From Candidatus Latescibacterota bacterium (GTDB lineage: Bacteria; Latescibacterota; UBA2968; UBA8231), in NCBI GenBank assembly GCA_965261395.1, contig OZ253462.1, forward strand, positions 1,888,001 through 1,952,000: a stretch of DNA of 64,000 nt. The letters are read 5' to 3'. The position numbers and the translations under genes are program-made. Under the pieces are notes generated by a model that saw only the letters and a program-made list of their open reading frames with translations, was not told where the DNA came from and searched no databases. Below, in pieces: positions 30,432-39,459 of the stretch; position 1 is the stretch's first letter, and every line of letters begins with the position of its first letter.

Positions 30432-31112
30432 TCAACGCTCCAAATATACCTTGCGGGCATGTACCAAATCAATCGCATTGCCCTCGTCTGTGTCGATGTG
30501 AACCTCTAGGCGCTCGCGCTCGCTGACTCGACAGATCAGCCCTTCCAGCACCCCACCCTGATCGCCTTCTACTACCAGCCGCAGCAAGTCCCCCGGGCCG
30601 ACCCCGTAGTACGCAGCCTCGGCCGGGTTTAGATGAACGTGGCGGGCGGCCCGGATCACTCCGTGCGCAAGCTCCAGCCCTCCGGCCGGCCCCACCAAGT
30701 AGCAGCCCGGCGTCTCCTCGATGTTGCCACTGAGCCGCACCGGCGCGTCAATGCCCAAAAAGCGGGCGTCCGTAAAGGCCAGCTCCACTTGGTTGTAATC
30801 GCGCAATGGGCCGAGGATGCGGACATTGGGAATCACCTGCTTGCGCGGGCCGAAAACCGACACCGTCTGCTCGGCGGCGAAAGCACCCCCCTGGTACAAG
30901 GTCTTCTGCACGGTCAGCTCGGCACCCGCGCCGAAGAGCGCGTCCATTGCCTCTTGGTTGAGGTGGACGTGGCGGGCGGACATATTGACGACCAGCCTCG
31001 GGGCTGGAGGTGCCTGCTCTAGCTGAGCGTCGGGCAGGTGATCGTACACCACCCGGCGCACCAGCGCCTCAATCTGCTTGCGGTCCAATCCAGCCGCTGG
31101 TGCAACGTCCAT
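30432..31112 (-). CDS. pduL: Phosphate acyltransferase PduL with N-terminal encapsulation peptide
   Basis: SARHVHL, VRILGP, RHVHL, VHIDTDEGNA; IEALVRRVV helix. Confidence 0.93.
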   Translation of the reverse strand: MDVAPAAGLDRKQIEALVRRVVYDHLPDAQLEQAPPAPRLVVNMSARHVHLNQEAMDALFGAGAELTVQKTLYQGGAFAAEQTVSVFGPRKQVIPNVRILGPLRDYNQVELAFTDARFLGIDAPVRLSGNIEETPGCYLVGPAGGLELAHGVIRAARHVHLNPAEAAYYGVGPGDLLRLVVEGDQGGVLEGLICRVSERERLEVHIDTDEGNAIDLVHARKVYLER

Positions 31113-31115
31113 CGC

Positions 31116-31430
31116 CTATCCTTCGCGGCTCAGTTGCCGACAGTCGAAGTCTTTGCCCATAGCCTGTAGCGAATCGACGATCCCGACGATTACCGCGTCG
31201 GCTGGCACATCGCCCAAGTCCGGGGCGATCCGCGACGAGCTGCCCTGCACCAAAATCACCAACTCGCCCTTGCCCGCTTGCACCGCATCGATGCAGACCA
31301 TATCCCGCCCCGTCAGCACCAGACCATGCTCGCGCACCGACGCGATTTCAACGACTAAGAGCTTCTTGCCGTTGAGGCTCGGAACCTTGGCCGTGGAAAC
31401 CAAATGCCCTTTGACTTGGCCTAAGAGCAT
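31116..31430 (-). CDS. BMC-P vertex pentamer EutN/CcmL
   Basis: G.LVST.K...L.G.KLL, DAVQAGKGE.V, GSSSR, DAVIVGIVD. Confidence 0.93.
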   Translation of the reverse strand: MLLGQVKGHLVSTAKVPSLNGKKLLVVEIASVREHGLVLTGRDMVCIDAVQAGKGELVILVQGSSSRIAPDLGDVPADAVIVGIVDSLQAMGKDFDCRQLSREG

Positions 31431-32842
31431 CAGGTGATGCGGAAGTAGTCGACGAGGGCACAGCGGCGCTGGCGGGTAAAAGTCCGCGGTGAAGTCAGGC
31501 CCTCGCCCGTAGGCCCAGCGATGGAGTACGTCCCAAAGCCCTCGCCGCCCAAGCCAACCCCAGCGTAGGAGGGGCCGTTCTTGACGAAAATAGTGGTATC
31601 TACGGCGCGGGCCATGTTGTGCATGTTTTCGATGTTGCGCGAATGGATCACGGCCGTGTGCCCATAGCCGTGCTCGGAGATGACGGCCTCGCGGATGGCT
31701 TGGTCGATGTTGGGAACCCGCACGATCGGCAGAAAGGGCATCATCTGCTCCTCGCGCACAAAAATGTGGTTGGCATCGGTCTCGCCAATGAGCATGCGCA
31801 GCGACGAGTCGAGCCGGAGGCCGATGCGCTCGCCCAGCACGGCAGCGTCGCGCCCCACCAACTCGCGGTTGGCCGCGAGATGCCCGTCTGGCCCTTCGAC
31901 AAAGGCCACCTGCGCGAGGGCCTCAATCTGCCGTGCGTCGAGCTCATATGCATTGTATTGGACCATCAGCCGCTTGAGCTCGTCGGCAATGGAGGCGACG
32001 GCAAAGACCTGCTTCTCGCCGATGCAGAGAATGTTGTTATCGAAGCCCCCCCCGTCGATGATGTCGCGCGCGGCCTTGGCTAAATCGGCGGTTTCATCGA
32101 CGACCGCGGGCGGATTACCTGGTCCGGCGACGATGGCCTTTTTGGGGCTACCCAGCGCGGCCTTGGCCACGCCCGGCCCGCCTGTGACCAGCAGCAGGCG
32201 GACGCCTGGGTGGTTGAACAATTCGTTGGCCGTCTCAATGGTCGGCGTTTCGACCGCGGTCACCAAGTTGGCCGGCCCGCCGGCTGCGACGATGGCTTGA
32301 TTGATCAAGTCCACCGCGAACATGGAGACCTTGCGGCCCGCCGGATGTACGTTGAAGACGACCGAGTTACCCGCGGCGATAATGCAAATGGCGTTGTTGA
32401 CCATCGTCGGCACGGGATGCGTCGATGGAGTGACCGCGCCGATGACCCCGTAGGGGGCCATTTCGACTACGGTCAGCCCGTGATCGCCGGTCCACGAAGT
32501 GGCCTCTAGGTCTTCGACGCCGGGCGTGGTGTCGGCCGCGACTTGGTGCTTGAGGATCTTGTCTTCCAACCGCCCCATGCCCGTCTCGGCCAAGGCCCGC
32601 CGCGAAAACTCCTCGGCGTGGACGTGCACCGTCTGCCGGAGGGCCTCGACGATCTTTTTGCGCTCCTCCAGCGACAGGGCCACCAACTGCTGCTGGGCGC
32701 GGGTCGCGCCTTGGACGGCCGCGTCGATCGTCGCGAAGACGCCGGTGTTCCCGCTCTCGCTGCCGTTCCCGCCGCTGACGACGCGCTGCACCACTTCTTC
32801 GACTATCTTGCGTACGTGTTCTTCGCTGACGTTTTGAGGCAC
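31430..32842 (-). CDS. CoA-acylating aldehyde dehydrogenase (EutE/PduP-like) with encapsulation peptide
   Basis: VRKIVEEVV helix, TGDHGLT, AGPGNPP, FDNNILCIGEK, TGEGLTS. Confidence 0.93.
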   Translation of the reverse strand: MPQNVSEEHVRKIVEEVVQRVVSGGNGSESGNTGVFATIDAAVQGATRAQQQLVALSLEERKKIVEALRQTVHVHAEEFSRRALAETGMGRLEDKILKHQVAADTTPGVEDLEATSWTGDHGLTVVEMAPYGVIGAVTPSTHPVPTMVNNAICIIAAGNSVVFNVHPAGRKVSMFAVDLINQAIVAAGGPANLVTAVETPTIETANELFNHPGVRLLLVTGGPGVAKAALGSPKKAIVAGPGNPPAVVDETADLAKAARDIIDGGGFDNNILCIGEKQVFAVASIADELKRLMVQYNAYELDARQIEALAQVAFVEGPDGHLAANRELVGRDAAVLGERIGLRLDSSLRMLIGETDANHIFVREEQMMPFLPIVRVPNIDQAIREAVISEHGYGHTAVIHSRNIENMHNMARAVDTTIFVKNGPSYAGVGLGGEGFGTYSIAGPTGEGLTSPRTFTRQRRCALVDYFRIT

Positions 32843-32979
32843 GCTCTTTTCCTCGGGTTGTGTTTAATATTTAGCATGGGGAAAATAGGCGGCCCCACCC
32901 CAAGCGTCAAGGTTATTTGACGGGCTGCCAGCCCTGCCTTAAGGTTTGTGCAAGTGCTGGAAAAACAAAGGAGAAAGAC

Positions 32980-33783
32980 ATGCGCATCATCCGCTTTATC
33001 GACGCTGAAGACGCCGTCCGTTGGGGCCTCGAAGCCGAGGAGGGCCAAGCCTCCGTCCTCACCGGCGATCTATTCGCAGAACTAGTGCCCACGGACGAAC
33101 AGGTAGCCGTCAAAAGGCGGCTCGCCCCGCTCGCCCCGACCAACATTTTCTGCATTGGGCTAAACTATCGAGAACACGCGGCCGAATCCGGCCTCGAGCC
33201 GCCCGAGCAGCCCGTAGTCTTTGCCAAGCCCACGAGCGCGGTCTGCGGCCCGGGCGACCCGATCCTGCTGCCAGCCTGCTGTCGCCGCGGCCCGGAAGTT
33301 GACTACGAGTGCGAGCTCGCAGTGGTGATCGGCAAAGCCGCCCGCAACGTCTCCCGCGCCGACGCCCTCAGCCACGTGCTCGGATACACGTGCGCCAACG
33401 ACGTCTCGGCCCGCAAGTGGCAGCTCAACGGCGGCGGCGGCCAGTGGATCCGCGGCAAGGGCTTTGACACCTTCTGCCCTTTGGGGCCGGTGCTGGTCAC
33501 TGCCGACGAAATCCCCGACCCGCAAACCCTCGGCATCCGCACGATCCTCAACGGCGCGACCATGCAGGACCACACCACCGGCGACATGATCTTCCCGGTC
33601 GCCGAACTGATCGAATTTCTCAGCGAAGATACGACCTTGCTGCCGGGCACGGTCATTCTCACCGGTACCCCGCAGGGCGTGGGCTTTGCGCGCAAGCCGC
33701 CCGTGTGGCTCGCAGCCGGCGACGAGGTAATCGTGGAAATAGACCAGATCGGCCGGCTGCAAAATCCAGTGGAGGCAGCCTAG
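32980..33783 (+). CDS. Fumarylacetoacetate hydrolase family protein
   Basis: CIGLNY, DYECEL, NDVSAR, GKGFDTFCP, ILTGTP. Confidence 0.92.
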   Translation: MRIIRFIDAEDAVRWGLEAEEGQASVLTGDLFAELVPTDEQVAVKRRLAPLAPTNIFCIGLNYREHAAESGLEPPEQPVVFAKPTSAVCGPGDPILLPACCRRGPEVDYECELAVVIGKAARNVSRADALSHVLGYTCANDVSARKWQLNGGGGQWIRGKGFDTFCPLGPVLVTADEIPDPQTLGIRTILNGATMQDHTTGDMIFPVAELIEFLSEDTTLLPGTVILTGTPQGVGFARKPPVWLAAGDEVIVEIDQIGRLQNPVEAA

Positions 33784-33786
33784 GGT

Positions 33787-34107
33787 TCACGCCTCCTTGA
33801 ACATCCCGAAGGCAAAGGCTTCGGGTAACTCCTCGAAGATGATCTGCCCCTCGTCGTCGGTCTCCAACAATTGGGCCATGTAGTCGTACCACTTTTCTAG
33901 GATGGGAACTTGGCGGCTCTTGAGCCAGTCTTCCTCAGTGGGGGCGACCGCGTGGATGACGAGGTGTTCGCCCAAGCGATAGATGGCCATGCTGACCTCG
34001 TTGTCGGTCATGCTGTCGGCGATTTCGGGCCACAGGTCGTCGTGGGCCTGTTTGTACTCGGCGTACGCGTCGGGGCGCAGCCGCATGCCTAAGCCAATCG
34101 AATACAT
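33787..34107 (-). CDS. L-rhamnose mutarotase family
   Basis: EYKQAHDDLWPEI, KWYDYMA. Confidence 0.8.
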   Translation of the reverse strand: MYSIGLGMRLRPDAYAEYKQAHDDLWPEIADSMTDNEVSMAIYRLGEHLVIHAVAPTEEDWLKSRQVPILEKWYDYMAQLLETDDEGQIIFEELPEAFAFGMFKEA

Positions 34108-34681
34108 AATGGTCTCCTTGGTCGTTAGAGGATTCGCGCCGTCCAACGCGGACGACGATGTCGTGGTGATTGATAAATATGCGGATTAATTAAGAGATAT
34201 TCAGAAAATGACGTAAAGTGCCTTTTTTTCTATTCTTAGGTATTTTTTCCTTGACAATATATCACCTTGAAAGTGAAACTAAAAGGCAATCAAGAACCGT
34301 GCAAAGCAAATTGCACATCACCATAGAGAGGAGGGCCTCAAGTAATGATTCTCTTCGCACATCAATTCTCGTGTAGTACTCTTAGGAGCCAGCTCCCCGA
34401 CGGGGGCGGCCATAAGGTCCCAAATATGCGGGCTAAAAACAGCATCCGAGCGTTGCGCGTTCGTCCCAATCCCTAGAATACACGCACGACTCTTCAGGTT
34501 GCGTGCATCGGCTGGCTAAAACGCCCAGCCGAATCGGGAATTCACCTCGCATTCGCAATGTAATCGTCTCAGGCGATTGACCGCGCGTGCAAGGGCTTTC
34601 CCACGGGGTTTTCGGGACAGCGCTTTCGATAAGGAGGGCACTTTTGCGTCCCGGAAACCGGCGATACATCGAACTCGATAT

Positions 34682-34704
34682 AGCCGCTTTCCAGCGGCTT
34701 TTTT
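34682..34704 (+). terminator. Rho-independent terminator-like hairpin
   Basis: AGCCGCT-TTCC-AGCGGCT followed by a T-run. Confidence 0.55.
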
Positions 34705-34792
34705 AATGGCTGCGGCGCAAAAATGCTGCGGCTTTTTTCGTTGAATTTCGTCGAACTTTGCACCAATTGAAGATCTGGAGAGAACACAACTC

Positions 34793-35050
34793 ATGCGCAA
34801 AATCGAGCCAGAACGCATCAAGCGCGCGGCGCGCATCTACGCGAGCAACCAAGAAGCCAGCCGTGCGCTGGGTATCGCCCCGGGCAGTTTCAGCCGGCTT
34901 TGCCGGCTCTACAACATCGAGACCCCCTATGCGCGTAAGCGCCGGCGGCGCGAGGAGTTCTGCCGCCAGCGCGACGACGATCTCTTAGAAGATATCGACC
35001 TCGACCTGCAAGAGATGGAGGCGCTAGAGGAGGTGCTCAACCTCAACTAA
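34793..35050 (+). CDS. Small HTH-like hypothetical protein with acidic tail
   Basis: GGAG RBS; EASRALGIAPGSFSRLC helix-turn-helix pattern. Confidence 0.7.
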   Translation: MRKIEPERIKRAARIYASNQEASRALGIAPGSFSRLCRLYNIETPYARKRRRREEFCRQRDDDLLEDIDLDLQEMEALEEVLNLN

Positions 35051-35078
35051 ATAGGCATCGCATATCGCTCGGTTAGTG

Positions 35079-35121
35079 GGGAGTTGGTGGACGTTTTCGT
35101 CCGCTAGCTCCCCGCTTTTTT
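35079..35121 (+). terminator. Rho-independent terminator
   Basis: GGGAGTTGGTGGACG-TTTT-CGTCCGCTAGCTCCC hairpin, then a T-run. Confidence 0.65.
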
Positions 35122-35172
35122 GTTGTAATCCAAGCGCTGACCTTTATTAGATGCCAAAACAAGGAGGAGATC

Positions 35173-37818
35173 ATGGCTAGCGCGAAATCGTTGCAGCGGC
35201 TCTGCCGCCAAACCTTGCCGCTGATGTTGCAGGCGGCGAATGGACGAGAAATGATGGGGGCGGTGCGGGAAGTGGTCGCTACCGATCGCTGGAATTCGTT
35301 TGACCGCTTTCACGAGACGACCGCGACGCTGGTGCGGCGGTACGAGGCCGCCGGGGCGCGCGCCGAGGTCGAAGCGATTCAGACGGGAGGGCGGATCGGC
35401 TCTGGGCGGTGGATCATCCAGGAGGCGGCCGATGTCCAAGGAGCAACCGTCGATGTGGTGCATCCAGTCGCGGAGCGGGTACTGGATTGGCAGGTCAACC
35501 CCTGGCACCTCATCCAATGGAGCGCAGCGACGCCACCGGGCGGCTTGCGGCTGCGGCTATTTATCCTCGACCACGTTGAGGAAATCGAGCGGCAGCCGGC
35601 CGACGGACTCGCCGGAGCGCTCGTGCTGACGAAACTAGACCCGCGCACTCACCTCAAGCTGCTCGCCGATAAGGGCGCTGCTGCGGTCATCTCCGACCAA
35701 CAGGTTCCCAACCTGCCCGATGCAGTCGCCTGGACCAAGTTCGGGTGGGGCGCGATCCCCCCGCAGCAGGGAACGGCGCGCCTAGTGGGCTTTGCGATCT
35801 CTGCCAGACAAGGAGCACAGCTCAGACGGCTGGCACAGCAGCATGGAGTGCTGACGGTACAGGTGGTGGCCGATGTCCGCAAATACGTGGGCAGCCACGA
35901 TGTGGTTAGCGGAATCATCGCCGGAGCCGACGACCCCCAAGACGAAGTTTGGGTCATTGCCCATAGCGCCGAGCCGGGGGCCGTAGATAACGCGTCGGGC
36001 GTAGCTGTGACCTTGGAAATCGCCCGAATAATCGAAGGGCTTATCCAAGCCGGCGAGATCGAGCGACCGAAGCGCACCATCCGCCTGCTCAACGCGTACG
36101 AGTGTTACGGGTTTTTTGCTTACCTAGAGCGGACGCGGAGATTGCAGACGCCGTTGGCCGGTGCTTGTATCGACACGGTCGGATCCCGGCCCGAAGTCTG
36201 CGACGGCCGCTTGGAGTGGCACGGGACGATCCCAATGTCGGCCAGTTTCGTCGATCGCGTCGGCGCGGCGATCCTGCGCGCCGGAGTGCGGCAGCACCAA
36301 CCCGGCTACCGCGTATATCCGGCGCACTTTATGTCCACTTCCGACACCCTGATCGGCGACCCGCAATACGGATTCCCCTGTCCCTGGCTGACGACGCACC
36401 ACCAAAAGAGCGGGCGCGGCTTTGATGCCTATCACTCTTCGGCCGACGTGGAAAAATTGCTCAGTCCCAAGGGCCTGGAGACCTGCGCCGCCGCTATGGC
36501 GGCCTATGTGTACTACTTGGCCGACATCGGTAGTGCGGAGGTGGGGGAACTGGTCCGCACCGAAAACGAGTACTTTCTCGGGGTGCTAAAACGCCAAAAA
36601 GGCTCCCGCGTTGAAGCCGAGTACACCCGCGACGCGCACAGCCGCAGTATGCAGCGACTGACGCGCTGGCTCTGGGGCGGTGGGCGCAGCGAGGTCATGG
36701 GAGCAATCGCCGAGGGCAAGCGACAAATTGCGGCAGCCTCCGAGGACATATCACCGACAAAGCGCCCGCGCCGACCTGCCGAGGCGCGGCTGGTACCCCA
36801 GCGCACGGCGGTGCTCTCGCCGACGGCGGAGAACGCGCCGGAGGCCATAAGCAAGCGCATCGCCGCCACGCAGCTTACCCCTTGGGCGCTGTTTTGGGCC
36901 GATGGCCGCCGCAGCTTGGGCGAAATCGCCGAGCGCATCGCCTGCGAGGAGGCCGACTCCGGCGCAGGACCGCGGCAGCAAGCAAAAGAGCCTATCGCCA
37001 TAGACCGGGTCCACGCCTACTTTGCGGCCCACGCCGAATTGGGTTACGCCCAGTTGATCGACCCAGCCAATATGATCGGCCGCAAGGAACTGGTGAGGGA
37101 TTTGCGTCGCTTGGGCGTCGCCCCGGGCATGGACCTGATGGTACACAGTTCCCTCTCGGCCATCGGCTTTGTGGAGGGCGGTGCCGAGACCGTCGTCGAT
37201 GCGCTCTTGCAAGCCGTCGGCAAGCGCGGAACCCTACTGGCCCCCTCGTTCAATCACCGCGTGGCGACTGTCTTCAACCGGCTGGCCACTCCCACCACTA
37301 ACGGCGCGATCCCGGACGCGCTATGGCGGCGCGCCGAGGCCGAGCGCAGCGCGCATCCTACCCATGCGGTAGCGGCGATCGGGCCGCAGGCCAGACACTA
37401 CTGCCGTGGCCATCTCGAAGCCGGCATCTGGGCCGCGGATAGCCCGATCGGCAAATTGGTACACGGCGGCGGCTATATCCTCGCGCTGGGTACGACGCAC
37501 GACACCAGCACGGCCTACCACATAGCCGAGATGTCCGTGCCCTGCGGCTGCATCGAGTCCTTTGCTCTCCCGGACCGGATCGTGCGCCAAAACGGAGCTG
37601 TGGAGGAGGTCTTGGGGCTAGCCTTTCGCAGCGGCCACTGCCCAGTCCCAACCCACAAGCTGGACTCAACACTCGACCGGAGGAAGTTGCAGCGGCGGGG
37701 TAAGGTGGGGCAGGCCGAATGCGAATTAGTAAAGGCCCACGACCTGTGGCAGGTGCGGCGCGAACACTTGCGGCGCGTCTGTCCCACCTGCACCGTCAAA
37801 CCCCAAGCCGCGCGGTGA
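35173..37818 (+). CDS. M28/DUF4910-like metallopeptidase fused to AAC(3)/YokD family N-acetyltransferase
   Basis: AH..PGAVDNASG, YHSSAD; C-terminal LMVHSSLS, HPTHAVAAIG, STAYHIAE. Confidence 0.8.
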   Translation: MASAKSLQRLCRQTLPLMLQAANGREMMGAVREVVATDRWNSFDRFHETTATLVRRYEAAGARAEVEAIQTGGRIGSGRWIIQEAADVQGATVDVVHPVAERVLDWQVNPWHLIQWSAATPPGGLRLRLFILDHVEEIERQPADGLAGALVLTKLDPRTHLKLLADKGAAAVISDQQVPNLPDAVAWTKFGWGAIPPQQGTARLVGFAISARQGAQLRRLAQQHGVLTVQVVADVRKYVGSHDVVSGIIAGADDPQDEVWVIAHSAEPGAVDNASGVAVTLEIARIIEGLIQAGEIERPKRTIRLLNAYECYGFFAYLERTRRLQTPLAGACIDTVGSRPEVCDGRLEWHGTIPMSASFVDRVGAAILRAGVRQHQPGYRVYPAHFMSTSDTLIGDPQYGFPCPWLTTHHQKSGRGFDAYHSSADVEKLLSPKGLETCAAAMAAYVYYLADIGSAEVGELVRTENEYFLGVLKRQKGSRVEAEYTRDAHSRSMQRLTRWLWGGGRSEVMGAIAEGKRQIAAASEDISPTKRPRRPAEARLVPQRTAVLSPTAENAPEAISKRIAATQLTPWALFWADGRRSLGEIAERIACEEADSGAGPRQQAKEPIAIDRVHAYFAAHAELGYAQLIDPANMIGRKELVRDLRRLGVAPGMDLMVHSSLSAIGFVEGGAETVVDALLQAVGKRGTLLAPSFNHRVATVFNRLATPTTNGAIPDALWRRAEAERSAHPTHAVAAIGPQARHYCRGHLEAGIWAADSPIGKLVHGGGYILALGTTHDTSTAYHIAEMSVPCGCIESFALPDRIVRQNGAVEEVLGLAFRSGHCPVPTHKLDSTLDRRKLQRRGKVGQAECELVKAHDLWQVRREHLRRVCPTCTVKPQAAR

Positions 37819-37890
37819 ATAGATCGCTCCCCGTATGGCCAGCACCTCCAGGGCAGCCAAAACGACGGACTCACCGATGCCGCCGGCCGC

Positions 37891-38049
37891 TCTCATCTGA
37901 TTTTGCGTTTTGGCGGGGCGGCGCACTATCGGACGAGCCAGCATTTCTTTATGGGCCTGATCATGGGCGAGGCCCTGTGCAACGGGCTGTGGCTGGTCAT
38001 CGACTACTTCACCGGCAAGGTCGGCAACGCTGTCTTTATTCTGGGGTGA
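37891..38049 (+). pseudogene. 3' remnant of a membrane protein gene
   Basis: LILRFGGAAHYRTSQHFFMGLIMGEALCNGLWLVIDYFTGKVGNAVFILG*, with no start codon upstream in frame. Confidence 0.55.
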
Positions 38050-38137
38050 TCCCATATTCCTTGACAGCCCTGTACGAGTGGAACTACCAGCGTCAACTCT
38101 TGCGTCTTTATTCTGGGGTGACCCGCATTCCTTGACA
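38032..38137 (+). repeat. ~35-bp imperfect direct repeat (38032-38066, 38104-38137)
   Basis: GTCTTTATTCTGGGGTGA...ATTCCTTGACA occurs twice. Confidence 0.85.
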
Positions 38138-38169
38138 TTGGGGGCGGGCGGGGCTATCTCTTTTGCCCT

Positions 38170-39459
38170 ATGAAGCGACTCATCTTTTTCCTAGTAGCAG
38201 CGCTCGCCGCCTGCGTCGGCCCTTTCGCCGGCAAGAAGGTTCCGCCTTGGCTTGCGCCCTCCCCCGTGCTCACAGCGACCTTCTCCAGCGAGGAAGCCGC
38301 CGCGCATCTGGTCTGGCACCCGGTGTCTTCAGCGGGCTTTCTCTACGGCGAAATTCAGCGCGCCGCAGGGGGAGAGTTCGCAGCCATAGCGCGCGTGGAA
38401 TCCGTGGCCGACACCACCTTTACAGACGCCGACCTGTGGGCCAACACGCATTACAGCTACCGGATAGTCATCTTCTTCGGTGAGGACGAGACCGTACACG
38501 AACTGGTCAGCACAACGGCCGCGGGCGGATTCCACCGCCGCATCGCAAGCTGGGCACTGGACGAGGGCGTGGCCCCCACGCGGCTAGCCATCGGCCGCAA
38601 CGGCACGGTCTTTGTCGTCGGCGCGGGCGAGGGACGCGTCGAGCGCTTCGACCGCGCGGGGCACGCTTTGGACGCATGGGTCTATACCACTGAGCCTCTA
38701 GCCTGTATGGAAACAAGTGCGCTAGACGGGCCGGCGCTGGCCTTCGACGACGACGACCACCTCTACGTGGTGTACAACCTACACCGCCCGAGCCAGAAGC
38801 CAGAGGCCTTTTGGGCGAAATTCGCCCCGGATGGTCGGCTGTTGTGGACGCGTCCACTAGCCGGGCTGTTCGCCCGCCACATCGTCATCGACGGCGATGC
38901 CATCTACATCGAGAGCATCAGCCAATTGCAGCTATTCGACCAAGCCGGCGAGCAGCAGGTCCAGTACGCCATCCCGGCCCTGCTGGTGGCCAGTCTGCGG
39001 CTTTGGCAAGGGCGATTCGCCGCGCTGATTGAGCCATTGGCCCTGCGCGCCGGCGACTGGCAGGCACCCCGGCTAGTCGTGTACGACGACCCGCAGCGCG
39101 CCGCGGCCAGCCGCGTCATTGGCCGCGATCCCAAATCGTATCAGGACCGCGGCAGCGGGCTTTTACTGCGGCCCACTGATTTTGCCGTCGATGAAGCGGC
39201 TGATCGGGCTTTCGTGGTTAACGCCGGCCACAGCCGCATCGAGGTGTTCCAGCAAGGACACTACCTGACGCGCTGGGGTGAGGAAGGCGACGGGGAAGAC
39301 CAGTTCCGCTTCAAGGGCCGCCTCCAAGTCATCGTCGATATGGCCACTGGCAAAGAGGGTGAGCGCGAGGTGGTAGCCGGCGGCATTGCCCGCGACGCCG
39401 AGGGGTTCATTTATGTGGCCGATACGTTCAACGATCGGATTCATAAGTTCCAACCATGA
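38170..39459 (+). CDS. Lipoprotein with FN3-like and NHL/beta-propeller domains
   Basis: Lipobox LAAC; FTDADL..NTHYSYRI; IYVADTFNDRIHKF. Confidence 0.75.
   Translation: MKRLIFFLVAALAACVGPFAGKKVPPWLAPSPVLTATFSSEEAAAHLVWHPVSSAGFLYGEIQRAAGGEFAAIARVESVADTTFTDADLWANTHYSYRIVIFFGEDETVHELVSTTAAGGFHRRIASWALDEGVAPTRLAIGRNGTVFVVGAGEGRVERFDRAGHALDAWVYTTEPLACMETSALDGPALAFDDDDHLYVVYNLHRPSQKPEAFWAKFAPDGRLLWTRPLAGLFARHIVIDGDAIYIESISQLQLFDQAGEQQVQYAIPALLVASLRLWQGRFAALIEPLALRAGDWQAPRLVVYDDPQRAAASRVIGRDPKSYQDRGSGLLLRPTDFAVDEAADRAFVVNAGHSRIEVFQQGHYLTRWGEEGDGEDQFRFKGRLQVIVDMATGKEGEREVVAGGIARDAEGFIYVADTFNDRIHKFQP

Noticed and set aside
29753-30526. Long antisense ORFs here and elsewhere (e.g. 2060-3025, 10114-11100, 58062-59150, 59477-60367)
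   Set aside because: Shadow ORFs opposite well-supported genes in GC-rich DNA.
34590-34670. c-di-GMP-I riboswitch (GGGACGCAAA on minus strand)
   Set aside because: The upstream GGCAAAC/GNRA P2 elements are not recognisable.
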